This document shows, one piece after another, positions 40,401 through 53,225 of a stretch of 64,000 bases of DNA; position 1 is the first letter of the stretch; every line of letters starts with the position of its first letter. The stretch spans positions 16,616,001-16,680,000 of the forward strand of contig OZ024761.1 in assembly GCA_964016885.1 (NCBI GenBank), read 5' to 3'. A program made the translations under genes and the position numbers. Source of the DNA: Eledone cirrhosa (Eukaryota). Below the pieces are notes generated by a model. That model searched no databases, was not told the origin of the DNA, and was given only the letters and a program-made list of their open reading frames with translations.

Positions 40401-43400
40401 CCTGCATCAGTTGTTAGCTGTCGAGACACTGCATCCTTTAAAACCTCCATTGAACAAACTGCCTGCGTCAGTTGTTAGTTGCCGAGACACTGCATCCTTT
40501 AAAACCTCCATTGAACAAACTGCCTGCATCAGTTGTTAGTTGCCGAGACACTGCATCCTTTAAAACCTCCATGGAACAAACTACCTGCGTCAGTTGTTAG
40601 TTGCCGAGACACTGCATCCTTTAAAACCTCCATTGAACAAACTGCCTGCATCAGTTGTTAGTTGCCGAGACACTGCATCCTTTAAAACCTCCATTGAACA
40701 AACTGCCTGCATCAGTTGTTAGCTGTCGAGACACTGCATCCTTTAAAACCTCCATTGAACAAACTGCCTGCGTCAGTTGTTAGTTGCCGAGACACTGCAT
40801 CCTTTAAAACCTCCATTGAACAAACTGCCTGCATCAGTTGTTAGTTGCCGAGACACTGCATCCTTTAAAACCTCCATTGAACAAACTGCCTGCATCAGTT
40901 GTTAGCTGTCGAGACACTGCATCCTTTAAAACCTCCATGGAACAAACTACCTGCGTCAGTTGTTAGCTGCTGAGACACTGCATCCTTTAAAACTTCCATG
41001 GAACAAACTACCTGCATCAGTTGTTAGCTGCTGAGACACTGCATCCTTTAAAACTTCCATGGAACAAACTACCTACATCAGTTGTTAGCTGTCGAGACAC
41101 TGCATCCTTTAAAACCTCCATGGAACAAACTACCTACATCAGTTGTTAGCTGTCGAGACACTGCATCCTTTAAAACCTCCATGGAACAAACTACCTGCAT
41201 CAGTTGTTAGCTGCTGAGACACTGCATCCTTTAAAACCTCCATGGAACAAACTACCTGCATCAGTTGTTAGCTGTCGAGACACTGCATCCTTTAAAACCT
41301 CCATGGAACAAACTACCTGCATCAGTTGTTAGCTGCTGAGACACTGCATCCTTTAAAACCTCCATGGAACAAACTACCTACATCAGTTGTTAGCTGTCGA
41401 GACACTGCATCCTTTAAAACCTCCATGGAACAAACTACCTGCATCAGTTGTTAGCTGTCGAGACACTGTATCCTTTAAAACCCCCATGCTTCCCGAAACT
41501 CACCAAAACTACACCTGATGTCCCCCTTCCATACATACACGTGTATATTATGACTCATGCACTGTTCATTTTTCTGACGTTTTTACATTACCCTATGTAC
41601 TATACATACACTTTTTGATGAGTTGTAGTGCACCTGAGCACTGTACACAATATTTTCATTATTATTATATATTCCCACCACTATATGTTCTCACACATAC
41701 ACACAAAGGTATATTGACCAACGCTCTACCAATTCTTCCTATATTTTACCCCTGTTATCCTATGGAATACAGGTAAATTACTATTGACACACAGGTATAA
41801 AGACACCATCTATACAACTACATGTTAGCACTCACTGTATATTTTGTCTCACACACACACAGAAGTATATTGTCCAACGCTCTACTGATTATCCCTATAT
41901 GTTGCCTCTGTTGTCTTATGGAATACAAGTAAGTTACTATTGACACATACTAAAGACACCATCTCTACAGGTATATATTACTACGACTATATGTTCTCAC
42001 ACACAAGGGCGGTGGATTGGCAGTATCGGTAGAGCGTCGGACATACTTTGCAGCATAGAGTTACGTCCCTTTACGTTCTGAGTTCAAATCACGCCAAGGT
42101 TATGGCTTTGCCTTTGATCCTTACAAGGTCAATAAAATAAAGTACCAGTAACACACTGGAGTCGATTTAATCGACTTTTCCCTCCTTCAAAATGGCTGGC
42201 TTTGTGCCTAAATCTGAGACCATATGTTCTCACACTCACACACGCTTAGGTACACTGTTTGATGCTCTACCGATTCTCCCTATATGTTGCGTCTGTTGTA
42301 GAACTACATCTACTTCAACCCAGAAGACTACAACCAAATTGTTACCAACAGTGAAAGTGCCGTCATATTTTATCAGCTGATACTGGTAAGTCTTACTACT
42401 ACTACTACTACTACTGCTGCCACTTCTACTACTACTGCTGTTATTACTACTACTACTCCTACTACTACTGCCACTACTACTGATACTACCACTACTACTA
42501 CTACTATTACTACGGTTACCACCACTACTGATATTACCACTATTATTGTTACTAGTACTGTTACTAGTACTACTGCCGTTACTACTACTACCACCACTAC
42601 TGCTTTACAGAGTGGACTGGGTGTGTTTTATCACATCGCCAGCACAACCAACTTTTCAGGGTGGACTGGGTGCTTTTATCACATCACCAGCACAACTAGC
42701 TTTACAGGGAGGACTGGGTATGTTTTATCACATCACCAGCACAACTAACTTTTCAGGGAGGACTGGGTATGTTTTATCATAGCACCAACACAACCAGCTT
42801 TACAGGGTGGACTAGATATGTTTCATCATAGCACCAACACAACCAACTTTACAGGGTGGACTGGGTGTGTTTTATCACATCACCAATGCTACGTCATTAA
42901 GACATATAAAGTAGTGGTCTCCAACCTTTTTTATACCATGGACCGGCTTCATGCTGGACAATCTTTCTGCTGACCAGTAGTTTTACATATGTGTTATTTA
43001 AGTGCATTTCAATAAAGAGAGCAATTTATTAAAGGGAAGAAAATTAGCTGGGATTAGAAAATTAGTTGAAAATTATTACAAATAGATAAAAATGTACATT
43101 TTCATTTTCATTTTACGTCCGCTTTTCTCTGCTTGCAAGGGTGGAACGGGAACTGATTCTGGCTTGATTTCTACAGTGGATGCCCTTCCTAACACCAACC
43201 TCATTTACAGTGAGTGCTGGGTGCTTTTTTGCCGTGGCACCTCCACGACCACTTTGCAGTGGAATGATAGGGACCCCAGTCTCTATCATCTCATTTCTAC
43301 AGCTGAATAAACTGGAGTAATGTGAAATAAAGTGTCTTGCTCAAGGAAACAACACATCACCCGGTTTGAGAATTGAATTCACAACCTTTCGATTGCAAGG

Positions 43401-43950
43401 CCAATGCTCTAACCACTAAGCCATGTGCCTCCATATATGTATATGTGTATATATGTACATAAATATATGTATATAAAATAAAATATATACGTGAATTGTA
43501 AAATATACTTACAGTTATGATAGATAGTATTAAGTAGATTAATATTGAATATTTAAACAAATCTTTTAAAATTAAAGTCCAGTGTTCAATTTGTCTGTTA
43601 TATAATTTCAAACAAGTTAATTATTTCTTTGCTGCCCAGTATCAAATGATCCATGAACCGGTACCGGTCAGCGATCTGGTGGTTGAGGGCCTCTGCTCTA
43701 GAGTAAAGGTGTTTCATTTATTGTCTTTTTCCAGCGAAGTTCGAATGCGGAACTGAAGTGGTTTTGTCCTCAATTAACTGACAAAGACTTCAATGTCCAG
43801 ATAGGGAAATACAGCCAGTCTATATTTCAGTATATGAGGAATCGTGCTTTGACGGCTACTTCTCTGGGTAACCTGGTCATATGGGAAACAAAGGCCTCCC
43901 GTACTGAAGGTTGGCACTCTTACAATTATTTATTTTACCTTTGTTATATC

Positions 43951-43991
<41 letters not shown>

Positions 43992-44474
43992 AAGGTAGAT
44001 AAGGTTTTGTTTATATATATATCAGGAATAAATGCTTAAACAAAGAATGGTGAATTCTACCGTGTAGTGAATAGTTGACTTCCACTATTATAGACTTTCT
44101 GATGAAGTGTAATAAATAATGACGTATTGCATATGATTGAACAATATATATTATAGTCAGCATATGTAGACAATTTGATAGACACAGAAACATATGTTAA
44201 AGCAAATAAATTCCTAATCTCCTTCATGCCAATGTTTTATTTTTTTTTGTGTAATACTTGCTTATATTTATATATATATATATATAACGAAGGAAATGTG
44301 GTAAGGAACCAGATGGACCATAACGCACCAGAGTACTCAATACTTAGGGTAGTAGAGTGGGTAATAGGAAAATGTTTAACCCCGAAGGCAGAGCTCAAGC
44401 CATTTTGACGGCTATTTCTGGAGTCCAGAAATAGTCATTGAAACGGCTTGAGCTCTGCCGTTGGTGTTAAACAT

Positions 44475-44549
<75 letters not shown>

Positions 44550-44745
44550 TAATCATCATTACCGTTTAACAAGTTGTCTTGTTGCGAGGAATGCCAGGTT
44601 AGGTGGCCATTTTTTGTTCATAGAGAACTGATTTTGGCTTGGTTTCTACAGCTGGATGCCCTTCCTAACACCAACCTCATTTACTTTACAGTGAGTACTC
44701 TGGTGAGTAATTGTCTAACTGGTTTTTACTGCATTCATTCTGATT

Positions 44746-44778
<33 letters not shown>

Positions 44779-45983
44779 GTGTGTGTCTGGAATGTTTGAG
44801 TAATATATAATAATAATATAATAATGAAAATATTGTGTACAGTGCTCAGGTGCACTACAACTCATCAAAAGTGTATGTATAGTACATAGGGTAATGTACA
44901 AACGTCAGGAAAATTAACAGTGCATGAGTCATGATATACACATGTGTGCATGTGTTTGGAAGGGGGGCATCAGGTGTAGTTTTGGCAAATTTCGGGAAGC
45001 ATGGAGGTTTTAAAGGATGCAGTGTCTCGGCAGCTAACAACTGACGCAGGCAGTTTGTTTCCATGCTTCAGCAACTCTAAGCGTGAAAAAATGTTTCCGA
45101 AAGGCATGGGAGCTGTGCTGTTTTCTGACTTTGTAAGCATGTCCACGTGTGTTATATGTAGAACTCTGATCCCTCTTGTCTCAGACTCTAACATGTCCAA
45201 CCTACCCCAACATGGATAATGAATATATTGTGGTGATGATGTGCCACTGGTTATTAGGTTTCTACAGATGGGTTTTTGTTTTTAAAGTGAACATTTAGTT
45301 AATATTAAAAAATGCACAGATAATATATAATCAAAGCGGGAGAAAAAAAACGCAAAAATGTGTGTAATCTCTCACAAAATATATATTCTAACAGCCTTTA
45401 TATGTGAATAGTAAAATATTAAAATCTATGAATTGTTTAAAAATGATACAAATTGTTATCTCGCACCCAATTTCTTTCTCTCTGTCTGTCTCTCTCTCTC
45501 TCTCTCATTATTTCTTTCTGTCGGTGGATTGGCAGTATCGGTAGAGGGTCGGACACCATGCTTTATAGCATAGAGTTATGGCCTTTACGTTCATGAGTCC
45601 AAATCCTGCCGAGGTTAACTTTACCTTTCATCCTTACGGGGTCAATAAAATAAAGTACCAGTAATGTACTGAGATAATTGCTGGCCTTGTGCCAAAAGTA
45701 GAAACAATTATTTCTCCCTGTCTGTCCCCCTCTCTCTCTCTCTCTCATTGTTTCTCCCTGTCTATCCCTCTCTCTCTCTCATTATTTCTATTGGTAGTAT
45801 CGGTAGAGGGTCGGACGCCATGCTTTCTAGCTTAGTTACGTCCCTTTACGATCTGAGTTCAAATCCCGCCGAGGTTGACTTTGCCTTTCATCCTTACGGG
45901 GTCGATAAAATAAAGTACCAGTGAGGCACTGGGTAGTTGCTGGCCTTGTGCCTAAAGTAGAAACAATTATTTCTCCCTATCTG

Positions 45984-46014
<31 letters not shown>

Positions 46015-46027
46015 GTTTCTCTCACTC

Positions 46028-46066
<39 letters not shown>

Positions 46067-46417
46067 ATCTCTGCCAGGTCAAACTACCTGTCTTGCTGAC
46101 AAGAAACCTTTGAAAATCATCAAACTAGTATCCAGTGGTATCAATGTACTGAGTGTTATGTATAAGTAAGTATTGTACTTCTTCGAATAATGTGGATGCT
46201 ATTGTTATAGTCATATAGTCATCATATATTACTCATAAAATAATTGATTTTGATAAATCCTATGAAGATGAAACAATTGTAAATCAAATAAGGATGTGAA
46301 TAAGTGTTTGGTAACATATTAGAGAGAGAGAGAGAGAGAGAGATGTATTTACCCACTCTGCATCTCCCCTTGCATTGAGTACTCCCATTATCAGTTGCCT
46401 TCTCAGTCCCAGCAGCG

Positions 46418-46499
<82 letters not shown>

Positions 46500-49097
46500 G
46501 AACGAGTAGGACCCCGACGGCTGAGCTCAAGCCGTTTCGACGGCTAATTCTGGACTAAATTTAGTCCAGAATTAGCCGTCGAAACGGCTTGAGCTCAGCC
46601 GTCGGGGTCCTACTCATTCCTATTACCCACTCTACTACCCTAAGTATTGAGTACTTTGGTGCGTTATGGTCCACCTGGTTCCTTACCACATTTCCTCCGT
46701 TATCATCATCATCATCATCATTTTACGTCCGCTTTTCCCTGCTTGCAAGGGTGGGACGGGTCTTATATATATATATATATATAAGGATAGAACCAGTTTA
46801 AATCTAGTTAGACCATTACTCAACAGAGTACTCGATACTAGGGATAGTAGAGTATGACCTTATTATAAAGAGTCCGACTCAACGGCTGAGCTCTTGTCGT
46901 TTCAACAGCTAGTTCCAGATTAAACCAGAGCTCAGTTATCGGGTCCCAACTCTCTGGAGAGAGGCTCAAAATAAAAACCTAGTCACTGAGGAGGTCACAG
47001 AATGTGTGACGAAAGAGCTTTGACAATGTATAAGTGAAGACTGGGTACTTTTTGCTGTGACACACCTACGCAACCACTTTACATGGCTTAGGCATTAGAG
47101 CGTTGGGTTTACAATTGTCAGGTTGTGAGTTTGATTCCCAAACTTGGTGATGCCATAATACCGCGGTCGATAACTATTTTTTTCTTGTGTCTTTCACAGC
47201 AATATCGTGACTGGTGACATGGAAGGCAGAGTTAGTTTCTTCAACCAGAAACTGATGTTGTTACACCGGTAAATATTAGACATCTGTTACATTAGTTAGC
47301 TACAGATCTTGTAGAAATACTGATTGACTGACTAGAGGCTTGGCTAGGTGTCGCTGTGCATGTGTGTTTATGTGACTATGTGTGACTATGCGTATGTGTG
47401 ACTATGTGTATGTGTGACTATGTGCATGTGTGTTTATGCGACTGTGTGTGACTATGCGTATGTGTGACTATGTGCATGTGTGTTTATGCGACTGTGTGTG
47501 ACTATGCGTATGTGTGACTATGTGCATGTGTGTTTATGTGACTGTGTGACTATGCGTGTGTGTGACTATGTGCATGTGTGTTTATGTGACTGTGTGACTA
47601 TGCGTGTGTGTGACTATGTGCATATGTGTTTATGTGACTGTGTGTGTGACTGCATGTGCGTTTATGTGACTGTGTGTGACTATGCATATGTGTGACTATG
47701 TGCATGTGCGTTTATGTGACTGTGTGTGACTATGTGCATGTGTGTGTGACTGTGCGGCTCTGACTAAATATATGTGTGATGGTGTGTGTATGTGTAACTG
47801 TGTGTGTGTGTGTGTGTAATGGTATATATGTATGAGTGTATGCGGCTGTGATGTGACTGTGTTTGTTTTACTGGTATATATATGTATGAGGGTGTATGTG
47901 ACTGTGACGGGAGATGATAGTTGGGTAATGGAGGTGATGATGGTGGTGTTATATTTTTTCCTCACAACTGTAAATATTTTCAGTATTTAAAACTCTACTT
48001 TTTTTTTTTCTTGACCAACTCCAGCTACAGTAATTTTGAACTTGGTCCTGTCAACTTTATTTCATTTTGTCCAATCAGTAAAAATATGTGAGTAACCAGA
48101 CATTTATATCATTCCATTCCTTATTTGTTTACTATGTGAAGGTGTGTGACTTAGGTGTGATTAGAGTGTTGAATTAACCAATCTGAGGTTGGCAGTTCGA
48201 TTGCCGGACCAAGCAATGCTCTGTGTCAGCATGACACTTTATTTCATGTTGCGCGAGTTCACTAGATCATGTATTGTATATTACGAGCTGTTTTGTCACT
48301 GGTGCCAAGCTGTATCAGCCATTGCCTTTCCTTCTGACAACATCAGTGGCATGGAAAAGAGGAGACTGGTATGCATGGGTGACTGCTGGTCTTCCAGAAA
48401 AACACCTTGGCTGGGCTTGTTCCTTGAAGGGGAACTATCTAGGTGCAAAGCCCAGGGTCATTCATGACTGAAGGGAGTGGGGTTTTTATATAGGGAGGGC
48501 ATCCAAATTTACAGTTCTGTACGCTGTGGCCAATCCTGGCCAGATTTGTCTCTCAACATGGATGACCCATCTGACCTATGCAAGCATGGAAAACCGGATG
48601 TTAAACAGTGATGATGATGATATATATGTGTGTGTGTGTGTTTTATGAAGCTAAAGCTAGTCAAAGAGAATCAGTGCAGCTCTGGCTGTTTCTTACCCAC
48701 TCAATGATAAAACAAGGTTTGTACATTAGAAATACAAACCCATTACACATATGTTATTCAGTAAGTTGAAAAACTACGCGTGACTAATGGTATTAGTGTA
48801 TATATACAAGGGTGAGCTGAAACGCTCATAGGTTGACTCTGAAGGATTGATGCTAGAGCTGTGAAATCTTGCATACATTAATTTCAACACTTGTTATTAA
48901 TAACTGCATTGTTTCTTTCCATGGACTGTGTTGAATAATAAACCTCATTTGGCCATTCCATGAGATTATCTTGGTCAGCCCACCTTTGTATATATATATA
49001 TATATATATAAGGGATTGTCCCCCGTTTGTGCTTTCCTCTTATTTTTAAATACACTTTATCAAGTAACCACACAGCTCCCTGTTTCTTCCATACTTT

Positions 49098-49144
<47 letters not shown>

Positions 49145-52037
49145 CATATATTTATTATACACAAAATTTATCACGAATATACATAACATTTCAATGGAAA
49201 GATATCCTTATTCTTTCGCACGCTAGTGATTTTTATGAGTTGTTTCCCTTAATACTGTATTATCTATTAAGGGGAGATTATTCATGCTGAAGATTAAGAC
49301 AACTTATTCAGAGAATCAAACATATATATAGAACATCTTATGCATATCACTAACTGGTCGCGAAAATATCATTCCCTAGGGATATATAAAACCCCAAGCA
49401 ACTTAAATATAAGGAGCTTGACCAAATATATATATATACAGTTGTCCCCTGGTATTCGCGGGGGTTACACTGCTTGAGCACCTGCAAAGAGTGAAAAACC
49501 ACAAATATTGGACGTGGTCCATAAAAATATCTATAAATGTCAAAATATAAGATGAAACATAATTATAAAATGAGGGAGCATCTTATGCAAAGGGGCATCC
49601 AATAGACCAGCAAATATGGGATATTGTTATTAATAATTTAGCATTAAAAAATATATTGCTATGAAAAAAGCGATAAAAAATCACGGAAGATATTTACAAT
49701 TCCGCAAACATGCAGTGGTTTCCATGGACAATTATTAGTTAGGTTTTAAGGAAAATTCCGTGAATAACTGGGACTGTGAATGTCGGGGGTACACTGTGTT
49801 ATCATTTTATTTATGTTCATCATTTTCATCATCATTTCATTTTACGTCCGCTTTTCCCTGCTTGCAAGGGTGGAACGGGAACTGATTCTGGCTTGATTTC
49901 TACAGCTGGATGCCCTTCCTAACACCAACCTCATTTACAGTGAGTGCTGGGTGCTTTTTTGCCGTGGCACCTCCACGACCACTTTGCAGTGGAATGATAG
50001 GGACACCAGTCCCTATCATCTCATTTCTACAGCTGAGTAAACTGGAGCAATGTGAAATAAAGTGTCTTGCTCAAGGAAACAACACATCACCCGGTCTGAG
50101 AATTGAACTCACAACCTTTCGATTGCAAGGCCAATGCTCTAACCACTAAGCCATATGCCTCCATATTTATATTGCAGCAAACACCCTGAGAAATATCCTC
50201 GGTCTTGTACCTTGTCAGGAGAACCCTTCATCTCACCAGACTTCATACTGTCTTCTACCGACGCCTTGTGTGGCCTTGTTAAGGCAGAGGGACCTGTAGT
50301 CAAGGTGATTACTTTACATGTTCATATATTTCAACACATACAAACAGGTACATGCATACACATACTCACACGCATATATACATGCATACACATACATACA
50401 CACATAGGCACACACATATACAAACCCACATATACAAACACACATACAAACACACACTCAGACACCCACATAGATAACATTCACACATACACACAGATAC
50501 ACGTACATATACATGCATCACATACACACGCATACATACACACAGACATTTACACACATACACATACACGCACACCGAGATACACACACATGCATACATA
50601 ACATACACACTCGCACCAGCTGGGTTTCACTGCAGTTTTATTATTGATAATTTCCGCCGATACACCCCGCTGTTAGTTTATTGTGTTGTGCAATGTTTTT
50701 CCACTCCAGATTTTTCTTTGTTTGTTTCAGTTAATTATGAAGGACCATGGCAGTATTGTACCTGCAATTGTTGCACACCCTTCAAAGTAAGTCCACTGTC
50801 TTGATTTATAAACTCTTGATCAGAGGCATAACTAGGGAAAATAGCGCCTATGGCAAGCAGTGAAATTGTGCCCCTGCCCAGCAGTGCATTTTCGCCTATG
50901 GGCCTAATCATTTATATAAATGGTTTAACTCTTTAGTATTTACATTACTCTATATTTAGTATTGTATTTTTGTGGTAAAGGTGTTATCTCACATAATATC
51001 GAAGCTATGAGATTTGGATATTATTTATTTTGAGAACAATACTTTAACATCAGTATGAGTGGCCAGTTACGACCAGTTTAAACAGAAAGCAGTAAGAGAA
51101 TTCTGGCTGGATATGGCTGGTTTAAATGCTAAAGGGTTAATGATCCAGCCACCATAGTGTTCTCACCCATCACAATCAGAGACAGATCATACATCTGAAG
51201 GAGTTTCTTTTTTCATTCCTCAATGAGGCTTATTTGACTTTAATAGAACGTGCTCCTAGTGCAAGTGGCACCCCCTTCATATGACACCCATGGCACATGC
51301 AATGCTTGCCATACCCTAGTTATGCCTCTGCTTTTGATACCAACCCACTAAAACTATTCAATATAAAACTCATGAATGCATTTACGTACCTGCTATGTTA
51401 GAGTGAAAACTAATTTAGTGTTCACTCTAGCCAGCTGTAAAATTGCTTGGTATGAAAATTAGGCTAATCAGCTGATGTATACTTTAGAGAATACTATGTA
51501 TTCTCAAGAGTTCTCGTGTGTAACAGACAAGAGAGATACAGAATCTTGACAAAGGGCAATAACCCAGAAACAATATTATTGTCAATTCTTCTCTCTGTCA
51601 CAGCTAAAACAAAAGTATGACGATGGTCGTCTAAAACAGAGGTGCCCAACAACCAGGTCAAGGACCAGTACCGGTCCATGGATCATTTGCTACCAGGCCA
51701 CAAAGAAATAATTAACTTGTTTAAAATTATATAATAGATAAATTGAATATTGGACTTTAATTTAAAAAGATTTGTCTAAATATTCAATATTCATCTACTC
51801 AATAAAACTTTTTCTTCCCTTTAAAAAATTGCACTTTTTATTATTGCTCCCTTTATCAAAATGCACTTAAATGACACATATGTGCAGCTACTGGTCCACG
51901 GAAAGGTTGTCCGGCATGAAGCCGGTCTGTGGTATAAAAATGGTAGGAGACCACTGGTCTAAAACACAGTGTAATCAGGCTGTTTGCTTGCAAATAAATT
52001 AAATATTATTATTGTTATTCAATATAAAACTCACGAA

Positions 52038-52073
<36 letters not shown>

Positions 52074-53144
52074 GAATGTGAAAAACACAATATATAACTA
52101 CTCCATTACCAAAGGTTTTAGGATTCCAGACAATGTTAACATACGTCTGGATCGTTCATCAGACATAACCTCTCTGTTTGATGAATGGTCTAAACATATG
52201 TTAATATTGTCTGGCGTCCTGAAACCTTTGGTAATGGAGTATTCAATTCAATTCAATTCAATATAATTGTTGGCAGAAATTAAAACATAGATGCTTCAGA
52301 TGCCGTGTAAGGAGGGGAGGGGAGGGGGAGGGGGCAAAATTTACACAGTCCGAAACACGGTGGTCCAACACCGGTCCAATTTCACCTTGAATTGTTGCAC
52401 GGTTGACGTGCGTTGACTACTTCTTCTGGAAGCCGATTCCAGGGTCCAGAGATGCGGATCGAGAAAGCAGCTTTCCGTCTATTTAGGCGAAAGTGGCGGT
52501 GAAACAGCTTTTTTGTCATGTCCACGTAGACCCCTTTCAAGTGCCGGAGTGAATCGGAGATCTTGAGGGAGATCGTAATGGAGCAGTTATATATTGTGTT
52601 GTTCACTCTCTAACTAAATAGCTCTGTTCTACACATAGAGCACTCTTTTTTTCCTTTGCTTTTTCTTCGGAATTACCTAACATATATATATATATATATA
52701 TGTAGATATATATATATATATATATGTAGATATATATATATATATATATGTAGATATATATATATATGTAGAAGTTCTATTTAATTTGTTGGGATACAAC
52801 AAGCAAATATTTTTATAACTGATATAAAGCACTCAACAAATTTTTGGAGTAAAAATACGATATATTAACAAATGGAAACTATATTTATTTCATTATACAT
52901 ATTTCAAGGACACCAAAGCAAATTATGGTGCGCTTTCATCAGATAAAATATAATATAATATAAAATATAATATAAAATATAATATAAAATATAATATAAA
53001 ATATAATATAAAATATAATATAGATCAGTTTTATAAACAAATATTTTATCTGATGAAAGCGCACCATAATTTGCTTTGGTGTCCTTGAAATATGTATAAT
53101 GAAATAAATATGGTTTTATAAATATAGTTTCCATTTGTTAATAT

Positions 53145-53225
<81 letters not shown>

